Positions 26,170 through 30,713 of a stretch of 30,713 nucleotides of DNA are shown here, in pieces. The notes beneath the pieces are model-generated. The model made no database searches, was not told the origin of the DNA, and saw only the letters and a list, made by a program, of their open reading frames with translations. Location of the stretch: IMG/VR virus record IMGVR_UViG_3300036814_001747, positions 1 to 30,713 of that record; one strand, written 5' to 3'. The position numbers and the translations under genes are program-made. Source of the stretch: a virus. Lineage: Duplodnaviria > Caudoviricetes. Each line of letters begins with the position of its first letter. The stretch's first letter is position 1.

Positions 26170-26553
26170 TCAGAGGGAAATTGATGGAAGTTGTTGCCAC
26201 CTCACTCCACATCCACTCCACGCCTTCAAATTTGATAAAACGATTTTGGGGACAGCCTGTGTGCATTCAATGCACATCTCATCATCCTTGTGAATGCCTA
26301 TCTTTGATACCTCAAGGAATATGCCCTTTGGAGGTGGTGGTTTGATCCAACTGGGACCTGCCAACTCTTTTTGCTCTTCGCCTCTAATTTGAATCAAACG
26401 GAAGTGAGCACAGTCTAGAAACAGCAGAGGGAAGTCCTTGCCGATCTTCTTCCGCAAAATCTCCACCAATGCCTCATGCTGCACTTTGGTGAGCGAAATG
26501 GACACTCGGGCAAGATACGAGTACTGCTGATCTAGTGAGTAGTCAATCGCCAA
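26170..26553 (-). CDS. Hypothetical protein
   Basis: ORF 26170..26580. Start uncertain; TTG 26553 lies just upstream of the preceding gene's stop. Confidence 0.55.
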   Translation of the reverse strand: MAIDYSLDQQYSYLARVSISLTKVQHEALVEILRKKIGKDFPLLFLDCAHFRLIQIRGEEQKELAGPSWIKPPPPKGIFLEVSKIGIHKDDEMCIECTQAVPKIVLSNLKAWSGCGVRWQQLPSISL

Positions 26554-26860
26554 ATTCAATCTTCTTAATAGGTGTACCACACAACTTGCAGTTCTCGTCT
26601 ACCGTCCATTGTGCAAGGATGCGAACGTACTTCTTCTCACTCGCCTTGTGTCGGAAGTCTTTCTTGCGATAACGGGCAACGCAAGTCCTCCAAGCGAAGA
26701 TAGCTTGCGTTATCTCCTTTGGGAACTCAATGTCCATTCCCCACTTGCGTTGAAACCTTTCACATACTGTCAAAAACCGCTCCTGAAGAGCAGCAGCAAG
26801 TGACACGTCATCTTGTGTCGAGTTTTCCAAATGGTCGAGTGAGGCGTCAGTTGCTGGCAT
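26543..26860 (-). CDS. Hypothetical protein (CxxC near C-terminus)
   Basis: 105 aa, overlaps its neighbours in operon style. Confidence 0.65.
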   Translation of the reverse strand: MPATDASLDHLENSTQDDVSLAAALQERFLTVCERFQRKWGMDIEFPKEITQAIFAWRTCVARYRKKDFRHKASEKKYVRILAQWTVDENCKLCGTPIKKIEFGD

Positions 26861-27338
26861 TTTCTTTTACCGGTTCATTCGGAGGTACACCCATAAACAG
26901 ATTAGTCCATCTATTGAACAGGGCGTCTAAATCGGGTTTGATGTCTGTCATCACCATTCTGGGCTGACCAGCTCGAACAATAACGTCCATCAGCTCATTG
27001 AAAAAGCTCAACGCCGCGTGCTGTGCAATCAATCTTGGTTTTGTTTCTTTTGACCCGACCCACTTCTTCAGGAACGGTGTGATACCTTTAGGTTCGTTCC
27101 ACTTGCGAACACCTGTGTATCGTCTGTCTCGTCCAAACAGAATCCTCACGAGCTTGTTTGCACAAACCTCAATCACGCGTCCTTTGTCTTCGCCTACTTG
27201 CATCCGCTTGATGAAATCGTCTGCTTCCATCTGCAGCATCATCTTGACAATATCGTCATCACCAAGAGAGTTCCCTTCCGCTTTCAGTTTCATGGACTCA
27301 GCGAATGGATTTTCTTTTGTCTCGTGTACGGAAGGCAT
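26847..27338 (-). CDS. Hypothetical helical protein downstream of the ART effector
   Basis: ATG 27338 (MPSVHETK) lies 4 nt after the effector stop. Confidence 0.7.
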   Translation of the reverse strand: MPSVHETKENPFAESMKLKAEGNSLGDDDIVKMMLQMEADDFIKRMQVGEDKGRVIEVCANKLVRILFGRDRRYTGVRKWNEPKGITPFLKKWVGSKETKPRLIAQHAALSFFNELMDVIVRAGQPRMVMTDIKPDLDALFNRWTNLFMGVPPNEPVKENASN

Positions 27339-27342
27339 AGTA

Positions 27343-30288
27343 TCAATTCGGACAGCATTGGTTATCGAGAGTAGGCAGCATGATGGCATCTACGTAATGC
27401 TTCGCCCCTACCCTTTGGACTGACTTTACCATGATGCGTTGGTTAGGAGGAAACAAGATTTCTTTCTCACTACTGTGGCTCGATACGTTTGAAACTGCAA
27501 GCCCCTTCACATCGGGGCCTATTGTGATATTCCATTTGACGTTGTTGGCGGTGAACACTCCTTCTGGTTTGGTGGACGTACTGAGCACACCTTTGTCAGA
27601 TACGATCTTACCAGGAGTTAGAGATTGGATCGCGAGCGGCGCTAGACTATGAAACCGAGTTACCTTTTTCCCTTCTGGAAGTTTTCTAGCAGCAGTCATC
27701 ACTCCGTTCGCGACATTTTTGGCACGAGCTGCTGCCTTATCCCAACCGCCTCTCAATTGGGGATTGGTGATGCGATATCCGCCACCGGTATAGGATCTGA
27801 TTGCATTCTGCTTCGTCTGCGGAAGTTTATTGAACTCAGCTTCCCCTTTAGCGTGAGTGGCGTTTTCAGAAGCACCAAAAGAAAATCCTTGAGGAATCCC
27901 TTCGGGTATGCCGCCCATATCGGCTAGTACATCCCAATAACCGATCTTCTCGAGTCCTGCCTTACCAGCTGCTGATTCTACCTTTGCAGAGATCTCATGG
28001 AAAGCTCCACTGAGAGGCGTAGGAGCAGGTGGCGGATTCTGTTGCTGCATCACATTGCTGATGACCTCCTCGGCAAAGTTCTTCACTTTTGGAGACTTGT
28101 AGAAACCGTTGTCTACACGCCATTGCAGTGTCGCAATATCTCCAGCCGCTCCGTCTGATATGATAGATTTGACATCATTTTTATTCGCCGCGATGTGTGT
28201 TTCGTTTGTAGATAGAAGAGTAGGCGGTGGTGGGAATTGATCGGTGTCGATAGTGATCTTCTTTTTCACAGCAGCAACCTTCTGAACTGCTGCTACCTTC
28301 TTCCCATCATGTTTATCTGCTATCTTCTCTTGCATAAACAACCCCTTCTCTTCGAGATCGTCTTTACGGGCAATCAGTTTCTTTACCATATCTTGTTTCG
28401 CAGCAGCATTACCTGGATGGTACTTATTGACAATGTCTTTGACAGTTTGCTCTGTTATATTCGTCACCTTTTCGGCAGACTCCATCAGCTGCTCATCCGT
28501 CATTTTGCCAAACACCTTGTGCATCGACGGATTTTGCTTCGCGTCTCGCATGGAACTGAACTCATTTGCGAATTCTCCCATCGGTTTCTTACCACCACCT
28601 CCCATGCCCTTGTAATCAAGTCCACCGCCCACATCGATCGCAACGAGCTCTCCGTTTGGCAACTGCTTGATGTTATCCATCGGATTTTCGCTGCCAGCTC
28701 CAACCGCATCTCTATTATTGAGCCACGCATGAACACCGAAATCATCTGCAGCTTTGTCCTTGACTGATTGCATGTCCCATTTTGGTTTAGTCGACCCCTC
28801 TAACCACTCAGTCGCAACTCCGACCTTCCCATCTATCTCAACTAGGTGGTGATCGGCAATGCCTGCTCCAGCAGCTTTGTAGAGCTTGGACGTCAGAACT
28901 TCGTTGTGAGCTCTGTTTGGATCGTCTGGAATCTTGACATAATACTTCTTCCCTCCCATTTCATACGTACCGCCAATCTCAGTACCAAGAGATGGGCCTA
29001 TCTTCTTCCAGTTCTTACCATCAGCCACCGCCGGATTGTTGTCCGTTGCACTCGCACCGGGTGCCAGTTTCTGTAGCTTCTTTCCTTTCTGAGCCAACAG
29101 ATTTTCTTGTGCTTGGAGCTGTGCCTTAAGTTTCGCAGATGAAGCTGTCGCCGGGTTTGCTTTGGACATCTTCTTCTGGAACTGTCCCCATTTTCCTTCG
29201 GATGCGAGTTTTTCAAGGGTCGCTATCTTTTTGAGGTGAACTTGGGCGGACGCTTGGCTTATCTTCCAACTGCCTGTGCTTATTCCGGCGAACTTACCTA
29301 CCGTACCAGGTACCAGCTGTCCTGCTTCGTTTGTCGTAGGCGGTACGTAGGCGCCTTTTGCGCCTGCTTTACAGGTAGCATCGACTCCACCACCAGCACC
29401 TGTTGGACAAAAGACTTTTGTTTGCAGTGAAGCAGCTTTCTTCTTATCTGAAACGAGCCTCTGCATAGGGAGTAATCCCCCTACCATCTGGAATTCAAAC
29501 TTGTATCCCTTCTTAGGAACCACTTCAACAACACCTACCTTCTTCAAAGTCTCGCGTTTGATCTTCCCTTCTTTGAATAGCTCCCCTATCGCTTTCTGAT
29601 AATGATTTCCATCTTGTAGATGGTACTTCCCATTTTCCATCTTTGACACAACGAATGGACGCGTGAGTCCATTCTTCTCAATCGCCTTCTTGTGTTTCTT
29701 GACTGTTCGCTTGTTGATGGAAACGGCAGCGTCACTCTTGATGTCTGCAATATCAAGTTCGTGGTATTTGGTAGTGACCTTTCCTTTCCAATCCTTTTGG
29801 TCTCCTACCCAACCTCTCGCCTTCTTAATTTCTGCCGCACTCGCAACACCACCTCCACCGGGCTTACAACTCGAATCGACTCCGCCTCCTGAACCAGTTG
29901 GGCAGAAGACTTTTGTTTGCAGTGAAGCAGCTTTCACCTTCTCATTAGTCGCGACATTCAAAACTGCCTCAGAATAGTCTCGCATGCCAGGAGAAACACC
30001 AAGCAGTAGATCGTGAGCTCTATCTACAACAGCAGATATCTCCAGCTTGTCGTTCGCTTCCATGACGTCCAAGAACACATCAAGGAAAAAATGATAGAGA
30101 ACAGCATCTGGCAGAGTGGACTTCGATCCGGAGTGCAACGCTATCAAATCGATATCAGCACCACGATTGAACACCCGAACGAGTTGCTTCGCTTGCTGCT
30201 TCATTCCCCGTTCGCCTCCTCTTAAACCAAGAGCTAGGCGGTTTTTAAGAACGGCGGCTGTTTTGTCTTGATCGAAGAGTGATATCAT
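27343..30288 (-). CDS. Multi-domain effector: ParB/Srx-like + PI3K/HipA-like kinase + VIP2-type (R-S-E) ADP-ribosyltransferase
   Basis: PFVVSK..YHLQDGNH; YYVK..NEVL..WLNNRD..AIDVGG; YTGGGY..N..LR, VTR, LSTS, EKEILFP. Confidence 0.85.
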   Translation of the reverse strand: MISLFDQDKTAAVLKNRLALGLRGGERGMKQQAKQLVRVFNRGADIDLIALHSGSKSTLPDAVLYHFFLDVFLDVMEANDKLEISAVVDRAHDLLLGVSPGMRDYSEAVLNVATNEKVKAASLQTKVFCPTGSGGGVDSSCKPGGGGVASAAEIKKARGWVGDQKDWKGKVTTKYHELDIADIKSDAAVSINKRTVKKHKKAIEKNGLTRPFVVSKMENGKYHLQDGNHYQKAIGELFKEGKIKRETLKKVGVVEVVPKKGYKFEFQMVGGLLPMQRLVSDKKKAASLQTKVFCPTGAGGGVDATCKAGAKGAYVPPTTNEAGQLVPGTVGKFAGISTGSWKISQASAQVHLKKIATLEKLASEGKWGQFQKKMSKANPATASSAKLKAQLQAQENLLAQKGKKLQKLAPGASATDNNPAVADGKNWKKIGPSLGTEIGGTYEMGGKKYYVKIPDDPNRAHNEVLTSKLYKAAGAGIADHHLVEIDGKVGVATEWLEGSTKPKWDMQSVKDKAADDFGVHAWLNNRDAVGAGSENPMDNIKQLPNGELVAIDVGGGLDYKGMGGGGKKPMGEFANEFSSMRDAKQNPSMHKVFGKMTDEQLMESAEKVTNITEQTVKDIVNKYHPGNAAAKQDMVKKLIARKDDLEEKGLFMQEKIADKHDGKKVAAVQKVAAVKKKITIDTDQFPPPPTLLSTNETHIAANKNDVKSIISDGAAGDIATLQWRVDNGFYKSPKVKNFAEEVISNVMQQQNPPPAPTPLSGAFHEISAKVESAAGKAGLEKIGYWDVLADMGGIPEGIPQGFSFGASENATHAKGEAEFNKLPQTKQNAIRSYTGGGYRITNPQLRGGWDKAAARAKNVANGVMTAARKLPEGKKVTRFHSLAPLAIQSLTPGKIVSDKGVLSTSTKPEGVFTANNVKWNITIGPDVKGLAVSNVSSHSSEKEILFPPNQRIMVKSVQRVGAKHYVDAIMLPTLDNQCCPN
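29411..29935. repeat. Perfect 30-bp direct repeat (29411-29440, 29906-29935) flanking the ParB-like module
   Basis: AAGACTTTTGTTTGCAGTGAAGCAGCTTTC occurs twice, 495 bp (165 codons) apart. Confidence 0.9.
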
Positions 30289-30521
30289 GATTTTGGCCCG
30301 TACTCTCTACGGTAGGGTTCTACCTCTTTATCGAATCGAGAGAGCTCATCATCTGTAAAAATCCCATCACCCCCTTCATCAAAATCAGCATATCGCAAAC
30401 GTGTTATCCGGACAGGGCGAGCCCCTCGACAAGAAACCACAGCTTCGTCTTTTACTCGATCGTATCCCACCAAACGGCACTCTTTGATTTCTAGATCAGA
30501 TTCGAAAAACCCAATATCCAT
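30285..30521 (-). CDS. Small acidic hypothetical protein
   Basis: ATG 30521 (MDIGFFES) lies 2 nt after the upstream stop; ATGA overlap with the effector gene. Confidence 0.65.
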   Translation of the reverse strand: MDIGFFESDLEIKECRLVGYDRVKDEAVVSCRGARPVRITRLRYADFDEGGDGIFTDDELSRFDKEVEPYRREYGPKS

Positions 30522-30523
30522 TA

Positions 30524-30712
30524 TCAACCTTTCTCGTCTAACGATTGATCCCATTTACTGTACGATCGAGAACCGAGACCTAGCCGAGGAGGAACATGCC
30601 GCACAGCAACCCCCGCATCGGAAAAATTCTTCAACGCCTTCTCGCTCAAAGGTGTCCCTGGAACTATTCTGACCTCTTTAATAGAAGACAACGTCACGGG
30701 ACCGTGTATTTG
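30524..30712 (-). CDS. C-terminal fragment of a gene running off the window (QIHGPVTLSSIKEV...DEKG*)
   Basis: Open frame from the window edge to TGA 30526-30524. Confidence 0.55.
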   Translation of the reverse strand, partial: QIHGPVTLSSIKEVRIVPGTPLSEKALKNFSDAGVAVRHVPPRLGLGSRSYSKWDQSLDEKG

Positions 30713-30713
30713 A

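Noticed and set aside
26045-26266. 73-aa alternative-frame ORF
   Set aside because: It overlaps both neighbours and has no clear RBS.

Overview
This window is part of a tailed dsDNA phage genome (siphovirus-like, HK97-type head), with weak sequence hints of a Planctomycetota host. It has two convergent arms. (1) + strand, 1-3869: an array of small, often acidic early-type ORFs, mostly preceded by one of six mosaic copies of a promoter-like repeat (core GTTATACTYGTT), then a ~165-bp element bounded by inverted repeats and an HD-domain gene. (2) - strand, 30713->3890: one long late operon. In order it encodes a 981-aa multi-domain effector (ParB/Srx-like, PI3K/HipA-like kinase, VIP2-type ADP-ribosyltransferase), prohead protease, major capsid, neck and tail-terminator proteins, tail tube, tail assembly chaperones with a GGGAAAT -1 frameshift, tape measure and tail-tip proteins. 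It ends in a 10-gene glycan-building cluster: 4 glycosyltransferase-like genes (one Maf/DUF115-like), 3 SAM methyltransferases, a sulfotransferase, a cupin and a small ORF. The strongest candidate for an undescribed system is that cluster paired with structural-module proteins carrying long mixed-codon C-terminal poly-serine tails, which suggests a phage-built O-glycan (methylated/sulfated) virion coat. A second candidate is a Lys-preceded Cys-Gly-Pro tag shared by putative head-packaged cargo proteins. All product calls come from motif recognition by eye; no database search was run.
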